In this document: piece by piece, positions 1-10,042 of the stretch
How the letters are laid out: every line of letters starts with the position of its first letter
Position numbering within the stretch: position 1 is the first letter of the stretch
IMG/VR virus record: IMGVR_UViG_3300014492_000001
Location: 1-52,761 of that record
DNA: 52,761 bases
Origin: a virus
Lineage: Duplodnaviria > Caudoviricetes
Direction: 5' to 3' (one strand)
Made by a program: the position numbers and the translations under genes
Notes under the pieces: model-generated
The model's input: the letters and a program-made list of their open reading frames with translations, nothing else
The model's database searches: none
Told to the model about the DNA's origin: nothing

Positions 1-123
1 AACTCGCGCTCGTTTAGCGACGGCTGCAGACCTTGTCGAAAAGGCTGGTCCGATTACCCCGTTTGATGATGAAAATCGTTTCGAGGACTGACCTTAGGGC
101 TTTATTCGGGGAGTTCGAAGGGT
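1..123. repeat. Terminal direct repeat, copy 1 (circular assembly overlap)
   Basis: 1-123 is identical to 52639-52761. Confidence 0.97.
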
Positions 124-130
124 CATAGAG

Positions 131-159
131 AGCCTCGGGAGAAATCTCGGGGCTTTTTT
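131..159 (+). terminator. Rho-independent terminator after the head operon
   Basis: AGCCTCGGGA-GAAA-TCTCGGGGCT hairpin followed by a T-run. Confidence 0.8.
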
Positions 160-173
160 ATTGAGGGATTTTT

Positions 174-791
174 ATGGGACTGTACTGCGCACTAATAGAC
201 GTTCAAAACCGACTCCAGAGCAAGGTGAAGTTCGCCGCTGCGGGTGTTACGGACCCTAACCAGATGACGACAACGCTCGCGAACTCGCTGATTCAAGAAG
301 CCGAAAGTCAGCTTGAGATCGACCTAATGGACCGCTACTCAACCCCTTTTGTGAATATGGCTGGGGCGGCTTTCGGTCCTAAAAGCCTTCCTACGACTAC
401 CTGGGTGACGATTAAGAACCTTGCTGAACTCCTCAGTATGATCCGAATCATGGAGACGGACTTCGGTCGCGGAACCTCCTCGAACTCGGACAAGTACACG
501 GAGAAGTGCCAGAAACGCTACGACGACGTGATTAAGAAGCTCATGACCCGTAGAACGGTGAACGGAGTCGAGACTCGAGAGTGGAATACGCGTCCTTTAG
601 ACGGTCTCATGGTGGCGTACAACAACACGGGTGACAACGGGTTCAGGGGTCGGGTCCATAATACGACGACCATCACTCACGAGGCTGATTACGCTACGAA
701 GCAGATTAACTCTCCTGGGGAGACGATCTTTAACGGGCTCTTAGACCATCTCCAATTCGGTCAAACGCAAGAGGGTGGAAGTGTCAACTGA
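174..791 (+). CDS. Head-tail adaptor, Mu gp36/DUF1320-like
   Basis: First gene after the capsid region; 'IQEAESQLEIDLMDRYSTP' resembles gp36-type adaptors; SD GAGGG. Confidence 0.6.
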   Translation: MGLYCALIDVQNRLQSKVKFAAAGVTDPNQMTTTLANSLIQEAESQLEIDLMDRYSTPFVNMAGAAFGPKSLPTTTWVTIKNLAELLSMIRIMETDFGRGTSSNSDKYTEKCQKRYDDVIKKLMTRRTVNGVETREWNTRPLDGLMVAYNNTGDNGFRGRVHNTTTITHEADYATKQINSPGETIFNGLLDHLQFGQTQEGGSVN

Positions 792-1329
792 GCTCGTTCA
801 GATCGACTTCAAGTTCCCTAATCTCTTGGAGCGCTATAACCAGCACTTTCGAAGAATCCTCATTGGTATTGCCTCAGACATTCAGACGAATCGGGGGCTC
901 TTATTCGACGCCGAGGGTGCCTACAACGGACACGAAAAGTGGCAGGATCTAAAGTCTAAGAAGAACTTAAAGATTGCTAAGAACGGACTTCAGACTCGGC
1001 AGATCCTTCGTAAGACCGGGGCTCTAAAGAACTCTATCGGGCCTACGGCACCCACGGGAGAACCTGGCCCAGACGGTTACGTGAAAATCGAGGGCGATAA
1101 GAAACTCGCAGTCGTGAAAATTGGGACCTACCTCAAGTATGCTCGTATTCACGATCAGGGAGGAGAGATCAACCACCCTGGGACGGATAATGGCTTCGGT
1201 CGTGGGATTAAGATCAAGGCTCATACAATTAAAATGCCTAAGCGTAACTTCACGGATTGGAATGAGACCGACGGGAAGAATATGAAACTGTTTCTAAAGA
1301 ACCTAACGGACGTGCTCAATGGTAAGTGA
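775..1329 (+). CDS. Virion morphogenesis/neck protein (Mu gpG / P2 S-like)
   Basis: Motifs ILRKTGALKNSI, YARIHDQGG, MPKRNF. Confidence 0.8.
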   Translation: MEVSTELVQIDFKFPNLLERYNQHFRRILIGIASDIQTNRGLLFDAEGAYNGHEKWQDLKSKKNLKIAKNGLQTRQILRKTGALKNSIGPTAPTGEPGPDGYVKIEGDKKLAVVKIGTYLKYARIHDQGGEINHPGTDNGFGRGIKIKAHTIKMPKRNFTDWNETDGKNMKLFLKNLTDVLNGK

Positions 1330-1972
1330 GAAGCTCGATAACGCCACTCCCAGTCTCTTCCTAGATGGCCCTGGAGAATTCCTGGCTATGCAGCTTGCCG
1401 CTCAAATCAACCTCGAGCCCCACTTTAACGAGATCTTTCAGGGTTCGGTTTTCGACTACCAGAGAGAAGACATATCTTACCGAGAACTCCCCGCGCTGAG
1501 AATTTACACACTGGATTATACTAAGGAGCAGGAATCGCATTACATTAACGGAGACGTTCACGCTGACGTGATTTTTCCTCCTAACATCCGCAGAGAGAAT
1601 ATCGAGACGCTTTCTAGCCGGATCGCTTCTGCGCTTCTTCAACAGTTTCGTAGGCCGCCTTTCTTCGCAACGATGTGCGATCTCGTTCCTGGATTGAATG
1701 AGTTGGGTAAGGTCTTCAATATTAACAAAAGCATGGTCTTTCAAAACACGGAGCAAACCGATGAATGCCCCGTAGTCAAGATCACTTTAAATTTTCGATT
1801 GGACCTAAAGGTCTGGGACCAGTATCTTATTGATAATGGAAGAACTAAGGACGATCCTTTCGATGTGACTCTAAAGAACCTTAAGATTATCGCTGGGATT
1901 ATTCAGGCGATTCGCGAAGAGGTTGGAGAGGTTCCGCAGGACATCCAATTGGGGATTTTAGATAAAGTTTAA
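1319..1972 (+). CDS. Putative tail terminator/completion protein
   Basis: Position between neck and sheath; size. Confidence 0.5.
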   Translation: MVSEKLDNATPSLFLDGPGEFLAMQLAAQINLEPHFNEIFQGSVFDYQREDISYRELPALRIYTLDYTKEQESHYINGDVHADVIFPPNIRRENIETLSSRIASALLQQFRRPPFFATMCDLVPGLNELGKVFNINKSMVFQNTEQTDECPVVKITLNFRLDLKVWDQYLIDNGRTKDDPFDVTLKNLKIIAGIIQAIREEVGEVPQDIQLGILDKV

Positions 1973-1983
1973 GGGAGATTCAA

Positions 1984-3183
1984 ATGGCAGCGAATTTAAC
2001 CACTATCGGTTCACAGCTTACCCCAGGTACTCCGACGGAGATCACGTTTGCTCCAAACACTTCCCCGCCTGCTGCCGTAAACGCAGTTGTACTTATCGGT
2101 CGTCAATCCGCAAGTGCTGGCTCTGCCTCTGGAGCTAACTACGTACCAGTTCAAATCTCGAACGTAGCTGATCCAATTGCTTGCTCAGGTGAAGTCGCTG
2201 GTCTGTTCGGACAGGGCTCTGAAATGGCGAAGATGGTGATTGCAGCCGTTCAAGCAAATCAACTTCAAGGAACAACTTTCCCTCCTCTGACTGCGATCCC
2301 TCTCGCTTCTACGGATACGGATCACGGACAGGCTCTGGTCGCTGTGGATAAACTTCCTGGAATTGCATACGTGGTTTCCCCGTTCGATGCCAATACCCAG
2401 TCCCTCATGAATCCTTTGCTCGCAGAGACTACCGCGATGTCCTTGCCTCAGCGTGTGGATAACGGTCAGTATGGAACGATTGCAATTGCAGCAAATCAAA
2501 GCGCTACGACCTTCTCGTCCCTTACAAAGTACAACACTCCTTATGGTTCCTTTCAGTGGTTGCGTAACTCTGCACCGACTCAATTAAACGGTGAGATCGC
2601 TGCTTCTGTTGCGGCTCAACTCGCTGCGAATGCGGTTCCTTTCAACCCTGTTAAGAACCTTGTTATTCCAAACATTGTAGCTCCGTCCCAAGCGGATCAA
2701 ATCACTGTTGGAGCGGGAATGGATTCGGAAGGGGCTTTGGCTGCAGGTTGGTCCCCGCTCCGGCTTCTTTCGACCGGATCGGTGGCTCAGCTTCGTGCTA
2801 GAACTCTCCGCATCTTCCTCGCAGACGGTGTGACCCCTGTGACTGATTACTTCGACGTGATGGACTTTAACGTCCTGTTCTACTGGAGACAGACTCTAGT
2901 GACTCGTTATAACCAACCAGACTTCGCAAACGCTAAGGCGTCTCAAGGTCCTGGAAGCACGGGCCAGCTTCTTCTTTCGGAAGTCATTCGTCTCGGGTTC
3001 TTGTTTCAGACGAATGGAATGTTTCAAGGAATGGATCAAGCTGCGAAGAGCTTCTTGGTTCAACGAAACGCTACGGATCGCAGCCGCTTCGACGTGCTGA
3101 CTCCTGTAGACGTGATCCCGATCCTTGCAGTGATCGCAACCAATATTCAAGCCACTGCGGCTTACGACACCATTACTGTTTAA
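1984..3183 (+). CDS. Contractile tail sheath (Mu gpL-like, compact)
   Basis: 'VAGLFGQGSEMAKM' and C-terminal 'RNATDRSRFDVLTPVDVIP' are typical of Mu-like sheaths. Confidence 0.88.
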   Translation: MAANLTTIGSQLTPGTPTEITFAPNTSPPAAVNAVVLIGRQSASAGSASGANYVPVQISNVADPIACSGEVAGLFGQGSEMAKMVIAAVQANQLQGTTFPPLTAIPLASTDTDHGQALVAVDKLPGIAYVVSPFDANTQSLMNPLLAETTAMSLPQRVDNGQYGTIAIAANQSATTFSSLTKYNTPYGSFQWLRNSAPTQLNGEIAASVAAQLAANAVPFNPVKNLVIPNIVAPSQADQITVGAGMDSEGALAAGWSPLRLLSTGSVAQLRARTLRIFLADGVTPVTDYFDVMDFNVLFYWRQTLVTRYNQPDFANAKASQGPGSTGQLLLSEVIRLGFLFQTNGMFQGMDQAAKSFLVQRNATDRSRFDVLTPVDVIPILAVIATNIQATAAYDTITV

Positions 3184-3188
3184 GGAGA

Positions 3189-3695
3189 TTGATAGTGGTT
3201 TGTAATAGGTGCAGTTCAGATAAGCCAGAATCTAATTTTGGAACCTATTCAAACGGTAATGGTAAAGGTCGTATTTACACAAGAAAACAATGTCTTAAGT
3301 GCAGAACGGCCTTTAGGAATAAAGAAAAAAATTCGGAATGCTCTCTAAGATGTTGGAGGAAAAAGTTCTCTAAAAATAAAGAAGCTTGGAACTCGAAGGT
3401 AAGGGAATACAGATTAAAAAGAAAGCTATCTGGAAACCCAATCAAGAGAAACTGTGCTTCTGATAAATACAGGTCTAACTCTAGGATTAATATTTTTTTT
3501 CGGGCAGAGGTTAGAAGAATTTATGGAACGATTTGCTCTTACTGCTTCTTAGAGGCAAAAACCATAGATCATGTGGTCCCGTTAAATAAAGGCGGGTTAA
3601 ATGAGATTGAAAATCTCGTTCCAGCCTGTAACTCTTGTAATAGTTCAAAACAAGACCAGCACTTGACTTTTTGGCTGGCACGAAAGGCTGGGTAA
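3189..3695 (+). CDS. HNH endonuclease with Zn-finger N-terminus (likely start GTG 3195)
   Basis: CxxC...TIDHVVPLNKGG...NLVPACNSCNSSK; visibly AT-richer than flanking genes. Confidence 0.9.
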   Translation: MIVVCNRCSSDKPESNFGTYSNGNGKGRIYTRKQCLKCRTAFRNKEKNSECSLRCWRKKFSKNKEAWNSKVREYRLKRKLSGNPIKRNCASDKYRSNSRINIFFRAEVRRIYGTICSYCFLEAKTIDHVVPLNKGGLNEIENLVPACNSCNSSKQDQHLTFWLARKAG

Positions 3696-3699
3696 CTAT

Positions 3700-4116
3700 A
3701 CGGCGACTAAATACGCGGATCGCGCTTTTCTGAGTGTAAACGGTGCAAAGATCGCTGATCTTCAAAGCGCTACAATGAACCTGAACTACAACGCCAAGGC
3801 GGTTCCGAATATGACCCCAGACGGTTTTAATACTGGGTTCGTTCAAGGAAACTTAGATTGTGATATCGACTTTGAAATCGCAGTCGAGAATCTCAATGCC
3901 ACCCCGAAAATCGAAGAGCTTCCCTTCGATACGGCAGATGTCGCATTGAACTTCGTTTGCGGAGCTGACCAGTACATCTGTAGCGGTCTTTTCTGTAAAA
4001 CCATGAAAGAAGCAGCTTCTGGCATCGGTCAGGAAGCTAAAAAGAATTGGACCTTCGGGGCCCTAAAGGCAACAGATGCCGTGGGTAACTCCGTCTTGTT
4101 CAATTTAAGCCTGTAG
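3700..4116 (+). CDS. Tail tube protein, apparent non-canonical ACG start at 3700
   Basis: Sits between sheath and chaperone; frame is open upstream of ATG 3775 and reads (T)ATKYADRAFLSVNGAKIADLQS. Confidence 0.72.
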   Translation, partial: TATKYADRAFLSVNGAKIADLQSATMNLNYNAKAVPNMTPDGFNTGFVQGNLDCDIDFEIAVENLNATPKIEELPFDTADVALNFVCGADQYICSGLFCKTMKEAASGIGQEAKKNWTFGALKATDAVGNSVLFNLSL

Positions 4117-4123
4117 GTAGAAA

Positions 4124-4648
4124 ATGAAACCAACCCCGAATGAGTTTCCAAACCTTGCCCTAATCCGTCAGGGCGTAGATTACCGTTTTAAAGTAAAGCT
4201 GCGCGCTAAAGAACTAGAGATGCGCCCGCTCTCGGTCTCTGAAGAGGATCAGATAACCCAAGAAGTGGTTACCGAGATGGCTCGTCTCCCAGAGATTCAG
4301 AGGACTAGCTTAAGGCAGTCTCTTCTTCTCTCGATTAAGAAGCTGGAAAAGGCTCAGACCTCCGCTCCAGGCGAATATGATCCTGAAATATTTGCAGCGG
4401 AATTAAACCAGCTCACGCCTGGCGAGATTGAGTTTATCTTTAAAGAGTGGAATGCGGGTAACGACAAGCTAAATCCTATTCTCGACAAGATGCCGGTCAA
4501 AGACGTTGAGCTATGGGTCGAAGGATTAAAAAAAAATTCCAGCGACAGGGAGATGACCTTGATCGGATTATCTTTCTTTCAATTGGTAAATATCTGTCAC
4601 CACTTGCTAGCCCAGGAAGAATTACAAGCGGACAAATTACCTGGCTGA
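4124..4648 (+). CDS. Tail assembly chaperone (G)
   Basis: Between tube and tape measure; 'MRPLSVSEE'; contains slippery A9 run. Confidence 0.75.
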   Translation: MKPTPNEFPNLALIRQGVDYRFKVKLRAKELEMRPLSVSEEDQITQEVVTEMARLPEIQRTSLRQSLLLSIKKLEKAQTSAPGEYDPEIFAAELNQLTPGEIEFIFKEWNAGNDKLNPILDKMPVKDVELWVEGLKKNSSDREMTLIGLSFFQLVNICHHLLAQEELQADKLPG

Positions 4649-4701
4649 CGATTCATCAACTTGTTTCTGGTGAGCGCAGCCTTATAGGAAACGGAAGATA
4701 G
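4528..4701 (+). other. -1 programmed frameshift site (A9 at 4528-4536) and GT extension frame
   Basis: GGA TTA AAA AAA AAT; the -1 frame stays open to 4701, 3 nt before the tape measure gene. Confidence 0.75.
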
Positions 4702-4704
4702 AAT

Positions 4705-6396
4705 ATGTCGGTCGAGGTAGAAGTCAGATCACAACTCACAAAGATCGTAGACGACCTCCAAGCTATTCAAAAGGCTGCTCAGGCCCTTTCTGCTCAGATG
4801 GGCGATACTGCCGAGAACGTAGGGAAGAAAGCTAAAGAGCAAACTAGATCCGTTAAAACCGCCATGCAGGAAATGCAGGACTTCGGTCGGCGCGTCGCAG
4901 ACCAACTTAAGAATGACTTCAAGTCTCTCGCCTCCATTGGCTCTCTCACTGCTGGGCTCAAGCTTTCTAATCAATTCGCAGGATCAGCCAAGGAAGCAGT
5001 AGACCTTTCCGACACGGTTCGACGCCTTGGGTCGGTATTCGGGATAGCCGGGAAGGACTTTGCCTCGTTTCAGTCCCTTCTTCAATCAGGTTTGGGCCAG
5101 ATCGGTCTTTCCTCGGAGAGCGCCGCAAATGCCCTCAAGGGCCTCGCAGAGACTCCGGTAAGGGGTCAGGCTAATCTTCTGGCTTACGCGAAGACTGCGG
5201 GCGAGCTGGCTAGTATTAGCGGGCAGAAGGGGCAGGAGGGAGAGATCGCCAAGGGTGCTGCCGGAATTATTACGGCGCGTGGCGGCAATGTAAATGATAC
5301 TAAACAGCTCGACGCTGTAAGTCGCGAGATCCTTCAGATTCGTCAAGCCACGGGTAAGTCGGTTACGGACATCACCTCGGCGCTGCAGAATATTTACTCC
5401 AAGACCAATAAAGACTTCCAAGGCAACCTCAAAAACGGGGGTTCAACCAGCTTGGCTTCCGCCTCTCTTTTGGGTGGCCCTCAGGCTACGACCTTCCTGG
5501 AGAAGTACCTCGGGATGAACCGCATCGAGCGGAAGGGTTTAGAGGCCCAGGGGTTTAAGGGGATTGTCGGATCTAACGGCGAGCTCAACGTAAAAGCTAT
5601 CCAGGCCACGATGCAGGAAGCAAAAGGCCGCGGTCTCGGGGATGCTCAGGCCGGGCTCAAAACTTTCGGACTAGGGGATGAGGAAGCCAAGGGCTTCATT
5701 CGTCTCGCCGAAGCTCTTCAACAAAACGAGAAAGTCATCAACGGGGCCTCCAAGAGTGTGGTCGACCTCAACGATGAATATCGCAAGACTATGAGCCTTG
5801 GGGATTCTTTCAGGGCGAGCATCAATAAGGTCAAAGGGATCTTTTCCGCACCCATCGCTGGGGCTACGCAGGGGCTCTCAAATCTTCTCGGTAAGGCCAG
5901 CGGATCGACCTCTGGGGCAATCGGCGTGACTGCTGGAGCCGGAGTTCTTGCCGCTGTTTTGGCTGGTGGTGGGATTCGTGGCCTCCTCGGTGGCGCGATC
6001 GGCGGTGAACTTAAGGCTAAAGCTATTGAAGCCGCGACTGGTGAAAAGGTTCAAAAGGTCGAGGTTATCAACTTCCCTGCGAGTTTTGGCGGTGCGAGCG
6101 GATTGGCAAGCAAGGCGGGAGGGCTTTTAAGTGGAGGCGCGCTAGCTACGGCGGGAACTGTTGCGGCTGGTGTTGGGGCTCTGGCTGCCGGTGCTTACGC
6201 TGGGACAAAGCTCGAGCCACTAGCAGATGCTGGACTTAAAAAAGTTGCTCCGGGTGTGGACGCCGGTATTCAAAGCTTCGTGGACATGCTCTATCAAAAG
6301 TTCTCTGGATTCCAACCCGTTCAGAGGGTTCACGTAGAAATGAAGAGCAAAGACCTTAGACAAGCAAAACCACCAGGAAGAGGGGTATCTAGCTAA
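4705..6396 (+). CDS. Tape measure protein
   Basis: Ala/Gly-rich helical 563 aa after the chaperone; hydrophobic C-terminal stretches. Confidence 0.88.
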   Translation: MSVEVEVRSQLTKIVDDLQAIQKAAQALSAQMGDTAENVGKKAKEQTRSVKTAMQEMQDFGRRVADQLKNDFKSLASIGSLTAGLKLSNQFAGSAKEAVDLSDTVRRLGSVFGIAGKDFASFQSLLQSGLGQIGLSSESAANALKGLAETPVRGQANLLAYAKTAGELASISGQKGQEGEIAKGAAGIITARGGNVNDTKQLDAVSREILQIRQATGKSVTDITSALQNIYSKTNKDFQGNLKNGGSTSLASASLLGGPQATTFLEKYLGMNRIERKGLEAQGFKGIVGSNGELNVKAIQATMQEAKGRGLGDAQAGLKTFGLGDEEAKGFIRLAEALQQNEKVINGASKSVVDLNDEYRKTMSLGDSFRASINKVKGIFSAPIAGATQGLSNLLGKASGSTSGAIGVTAGAGVLAAVLAGGGIRGLLGGAIGGELKAKAIEAATGEKVQKVEVINFPASFGGASGLASKAGGLLSGGALATAGTVAAGVGALAAGAYAGTKLEPLADAGLKKVAPGVDAGIQSFVDMLYQKFSGFQPVQRVHVEMKSKDLRQAKPPGRGVSS

Positions 6397-7592
6397 TGGC
6401 CTTAGACCTGGGTAACGCTCAAGATTTCGCAACCGCAACACTCTCTGGAGCGTCGAGTATTTTAAATCAGTTCGCTGGTTTGAGTAACGAAACATGGGAT
6501 ATTCAGGAGAGCGCTTACGGGCACCCTCCGAATAACCTAGTTCTATTTCACGTCTTCAAAACACCAGAGAATTACGACGCAGCTGTGGATGAGGTTCAGG
6601 ATAATATTTCTCGCCGCGTTGCTGTTTTTGGTTTTCCTTATGTGGACGGTCAAACCACGGAAGATCTTGGAAAGAACGGATCAACCTACGATTTTAACAT
6701 CCTTATCCACGGACCAAATTACTACGCCGCCTACCTTGCGCTTCTAGACGAATTTGATAATCCAGTTCCAGGAACATTAGTTCACCCAGTTTACGGACAG
6801 CTCACGGTTAAGTTCGAAAAGGCAACGGTCACGCATCGAAGCGATAAGCGCAAGGCGATTGCTTTAAGGGCCACCTTCATTGACCACACTTTTGAAGTTA
6901 GCTTCGACGAGTCCAACCCAACCACTAAGTCTGCGCTAGCAAATGCGGTTGGATTCATTTCTAAGATCGCTGGAGTTCTTACTGACATTCAATCGAATGA
7001 GAACGTACTTTCGCAGATTAAATCCATACTTACGAATAAAACGCAGTCTTATCAAACCGCCTATCTCCAGGCCCTAGTTTCATTGAACACTACGTTTAAT
7101 CTAGGGAGTTCTTCAGATATCCCAGGACTTGTTGCAACGAACCCAGGAAACGCTAGCGCCTTCCCCTCTGCCGAGTCCCCAACCGACCCGCTGTCAAATA
7201 TCGACCCTTCACAGGTTCAGGCGTTGGCTAGCCCAGTTCTTTCTGCGAACCAAGCGATCGACATGGTAAGTGCTCTCAGAACTCAAACTCTTACTCTTGT
7301 TGAGGCCATTGAGGGCGCCAATAGTGGTCAGGGTGCTCTGATCTTCTACGCTGATGTCCTAACGATCAAACAATCTGCGATTGCGATGCAGCAGGTTTTA
7401 GAGCTTGGTCTTCAAACCTCGAACAATACGATCGTAAACTACACCACGCCAAGGCTAATGAGCGTTCGAGAGGTCTGCTTCGCGGTCGGCCTATCGCCGG
7501 ATGACTCGCAGGGTATAATCACACTCAATCCACTGATACTCTCTGCTAACTATATCCCAGCAAATACGCTTCTTCAGGTGCCTTCGTCGTGA
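6396..7592 (+). CDS. DNA circularization / baseplate protein (Mu gpN-like)
   Basis: 'FPYVDGQTTEDLG', 'PGTLVHPVYG'; LysM-like C-terminus. Confidence 0.85.
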   Translation: MALDLGNAQDFATATLSGASSILNQFAGLSNETWDIQESAYGHPPNNLVLFHVFKTPENYDAAVDEVQDNISRRVAVFGFPYVDGQTTEDLGKNGSTYDFNILIHGPNYYAAYLALLDEFDNPVPGTLVHPVYGQLTVKFEKATVTHRSDKRKAIALRATFIDHTFEVSFDESNPTTKSALANAVGFISKIAGVLTDIQSNENVLSQIKSILTNKTQSYQTAYLQALVSLNTTFNLGSSSDIPGLVATNPGNASAFPSAESPTDPLSNIDPSQVQALASPVLSANQAIDMVSALRTQTLTLVEAIEGANSGQGALIFYADVLTIKQSAIAMQQVLELGLQTSNNTIVNYTTPRLMSVREVCFAVGLSPDDSQGIITLNPLILSANYIPANTLLQVPSS

Positions 7593-8809
7593 GCGCACTA
7601 CTCGATTTTATTCAGAAGAACGGTCGGGCTCCGTCGATTGGTTTGAATATTTATCCTATTAACAATTCGCGTCCTCAATTCGCCTTAAATCAGTTTCTAA
7701 ATTATAAGTTCTCTTCTTCGATTCTAATTCCAGTTGATTCGTTTTCATTCCAATTCACAATGCCAAGCAACATCTCTGGTTCAATCACAAATTATATCCA
7801 AGAGGGTGATATAGCGGAATTAACAGGGGCTGGGAGTACAATCTGTACTGGCATTATTGACGTAGTTGATATCGAGACTACATCAGATGGTGGTGACGTG
7901 GTTTCAATTCAGGGTAGAAACCTTCTCTCTCAACTAGAAGATCAAAGCACTGTGAACACACTAGATAATCCAATGTGGGGGAATAACATCCCGCTTCCTA
8001 GCGCAGTTGGAAGTGTCATTCAAAACACAAGAATCCCCTACTACATTGCCCAGGGCGCCCCAGCTGGTAATTTTCTTTTCGCCACATCTCCAGGGGAAAG
8101 CAAACTAACCGCGCTCCAGCGTTTTTGTGAGCCATTGAATTGTTTAATTTGGGGAGATCCGCGCGGTGGGGTTGTAGTTGGAAGGCCAAATCAGGGATCG
8201 CCCGCCATCGGATCGTTCTTTTGTGATCGAGATAATCGGGTTGCTAACGTGATGTCTATTAAGGCAATTAGGGCCTCGACTCAGATACCGAATATTATCC
8301 TACCCGTTTGGAATGGTCAGGAGACGGTTCAAAAAAGAGTTGCTGCTGAACAGGCCCTTTATAATCCCGCCTACGGGCCGAAGCGCCTAAGGCTCGCGAA
8401 CCATAACGTGCAGAGATGCGTAGTCGTTTCGAACCCAGATTCTTCTGATCCGCAATCGCTGTCAGATATCAATGCGATAAAGGTGGGTGGCTCGAATATT
8501 CTTCAGGCTTACGCCCTTCGGGAGATGGCTCGGGATAATATGCAGGAGCTGAACGTCCAGGTAAACGTTAAGAGTCACTACAACGACGACCTTCAACCCA
8601 TACTGATTGATCAGGTTTACCAGATAAAATATCCTAGAGCCGGTGTTGATGAGGGGATGTATTGCTACCAAGTAGAGTATACTTGCGACGCCTCTCAGGG
8701 CCCAAAAACCTCGGCTTACTTCTGCAAACTAGGAACGATCGTTGTCGGAACAAGCCTCACGATTGCTGCTAGACAACAAACGAACTCTGGAAATCTTCAG
8801 AAGTTATGA
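7589..8809 (+). CDS. Baseplate hub (Mu gp44/gpP-like)
   Basis: 'TGIID...SIQGRN', 'SPGES' motifs; synteny. Confidence 0.8.
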   Translation: MSALLDFIQKNGRAPSIGLNIYPINNSRPQFALNQFLNYKFSSSILIPVDSFSFQFTMPSNISGSITNYIQEGDIAELTGAGSTICTGIIDVVDIETTSDGGDVVSIQGRNLLSQLEDQSTVNTLDNPMWGNNIPLPSAVGSVIQNTRIPYYIAQGAPAGNFLFATSPGESKLTALQRFCEPLNCLIWGDPRGGVVVGRPNQGSPAIGSFFCDRDNRVANVMSIKAIRASTQIPNIILPVWNGQETVQKRVAAEQALYNPAYGPKRLRLANHNVQRCVVVSNPDSSDPQSLSDINAIKVGGSNILQAYALREMARDNMQELNVQVNVKSHYNDDLQPILIDQVYQIKYPRAGVDEGMYCYQVEYTCDASQGPKTSAYFCKLGTIVVGTSLTIAARQQTNSGNLQKL

Positions 8810-9402
8810 AGGACCAATCAGATCTCCGAAGATTCATTGGTAAAGAGATCGAGAGGCAGCTCAATATTATCCTCTCTGGTGAGGCTGGAAACGCAACCGA
8901 GCAATCTGAGGATATCCAAAACTCTTACCCAGGTATGCCAGGTATCGTTTCGCGCCCAGTGATGCACCCATACGGATTTGCCTCTAAGGCACCAGATGGA
9001 ACGATAAGTGTCGTCGCGCAGCAGGGTAGCCACCCTGGGAATAAATTGGTACTGGGTCACAGAGCTTCTGATCGTCCTACAGACCTTGCCTCTGGAGAGG
9101 TCGTTCTTTATAACGAATTCGGCCAGGCGATTTACGTTAGAGATGGCAAGATCCAAGTAGGTACGTCGGCTTCTGCAAGCCCAATGGTTCTTGGTGACGT
9201 GCTGATGAACTTCATCACCGACTTGATAAATGCGTTCTTAAACGCCCCAGATATCACTCAGGGGGCCTTCGGACCTGGCTTCTTGGAGCCTCAAATCAGA
9301 CAAGCTCTGACGGATGCACTTCAGAAGTACGTGACTACCACTTCCACTAATGTTGTTTCGCAGCTAACCTATACGGAAAGAGGGGGAACAAATGGCTCTT
9401 AG
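8806..9402 (+). CDS. Baseplate spike (Mu gp45-like)
   Basis: 'HPYGFASKAP', 'RPTDLASGEVVLYN'. Confidence 0.85.
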   Translation: MKDQSDLRRFIGKEIERQLNIILSGEAGNATEQSEDIQNSYPGMPGIVSRPVMHPYGFASKAPDGTISVVAQQGSHPGNKLVLGHRASDRPTDLASGEVVLYNEFGQAIYVRDGKIQVGTSASASPMVLGDVLMNFITDLINAFLNAPDITQGAFGPGFLEPQIRQALTDALQKYVTTTSTNVVSQLTYTERGGTNGS

Positions 9403-9676
9403 CGCAACAAGACTAAATGCTAATCGTTTCACTTCCATCTACGCCGACCTTCAGGCTCAGTTCCCAATTCCAGGCGGTCTTCTCGCGGCGGAACAAGCGC
9501 AGTGTACTGCGGACCAACAGAAGCTCGCTCACGCAATCGCAGACAATGAGGGCTCCGACGTAGTTACTGAGTTTGTCGACAACGGAACAGTTCCTGCCGG
9601 AATTGCCCTAGACGTTACCTCTGGCCCTGGCGCCGGAAGCACTGGAAATACCGTAGCCCCTGGGGGGATTTTATGA
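9392..9676 (+). CDS. Small baseplate/spike-associated protein
   Basis: Translationally coupled between spike and wedge genes. Confidence 0.45.
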   Translation: MALSATRLNANRFTSIYADLQAQFPIPGGLLAAEQAQCTADQQKLAHAIADNEGSDVVTEFVDNGTVPAGIALDVTSGPGAGSTGNTVAPGGIL

Positions 9677-10041
9677 GCTCTTGGAATTTGAACCCAGCTA
9701 CCGGCGATTACATCATGGTAAACGGGGCGCCTCAGCCAACGGAATCACTAACCATTCCATGTTATTACAGGATTAAGATTCCTAGAAAGCAATGGATGTA
9801 CGCACCAAATACCAGCTACGGTTCTGACTTAAATACGATTAAAAAGAAAACGGGAACCGCTTCACTTAAGATGATTGAGGCCGCATGCCAGCCGATCGTA
9901 ACAGATGGCCGTGCTTCTTCTGTTTCCGCTTCTTACCAAAACGTGCAACCATCTTCTCGAAATAGCGGAGCGGTTCAGGTCGCGATCGTAGATGCGCAGG
10001 GTACGCCCCAAAATCTTAACCTTCCTCCGGTAGGAGACTAA
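9673..10041 (+). CDS. Baseplate wedge (Mu gp46 / gp25-like)
   Basis: 'W...YGSDL', 'CQPIVTDGRA'. Confidence 0.7.
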   Translation: MSSWNLNPATGDYIMVNGAPQPTESLTIPCYYRIKIPRKQWMYAPNTSYGSDLNTIKKKTGTASLKMIEAACQPIVTDGRASSVSASYQNVQPSSRNSGAVQVAIVDAQGTPQNLNLPPVGD

Positions 10042-10042
10042 A

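Noticed and set aside
1-123. Biological terminal repeat
   Set aside because: It falls within a gene end and is best explained as assembler overlap of a circular contig; it cannot be distinguished without reads.
3184-3702. Group I intron carrying the HNH within the tube gene
   Set aside because: The HNH ORF fills the whole interval, leaving no room for P/Q/R/S core elements, and there is no upstream exon.
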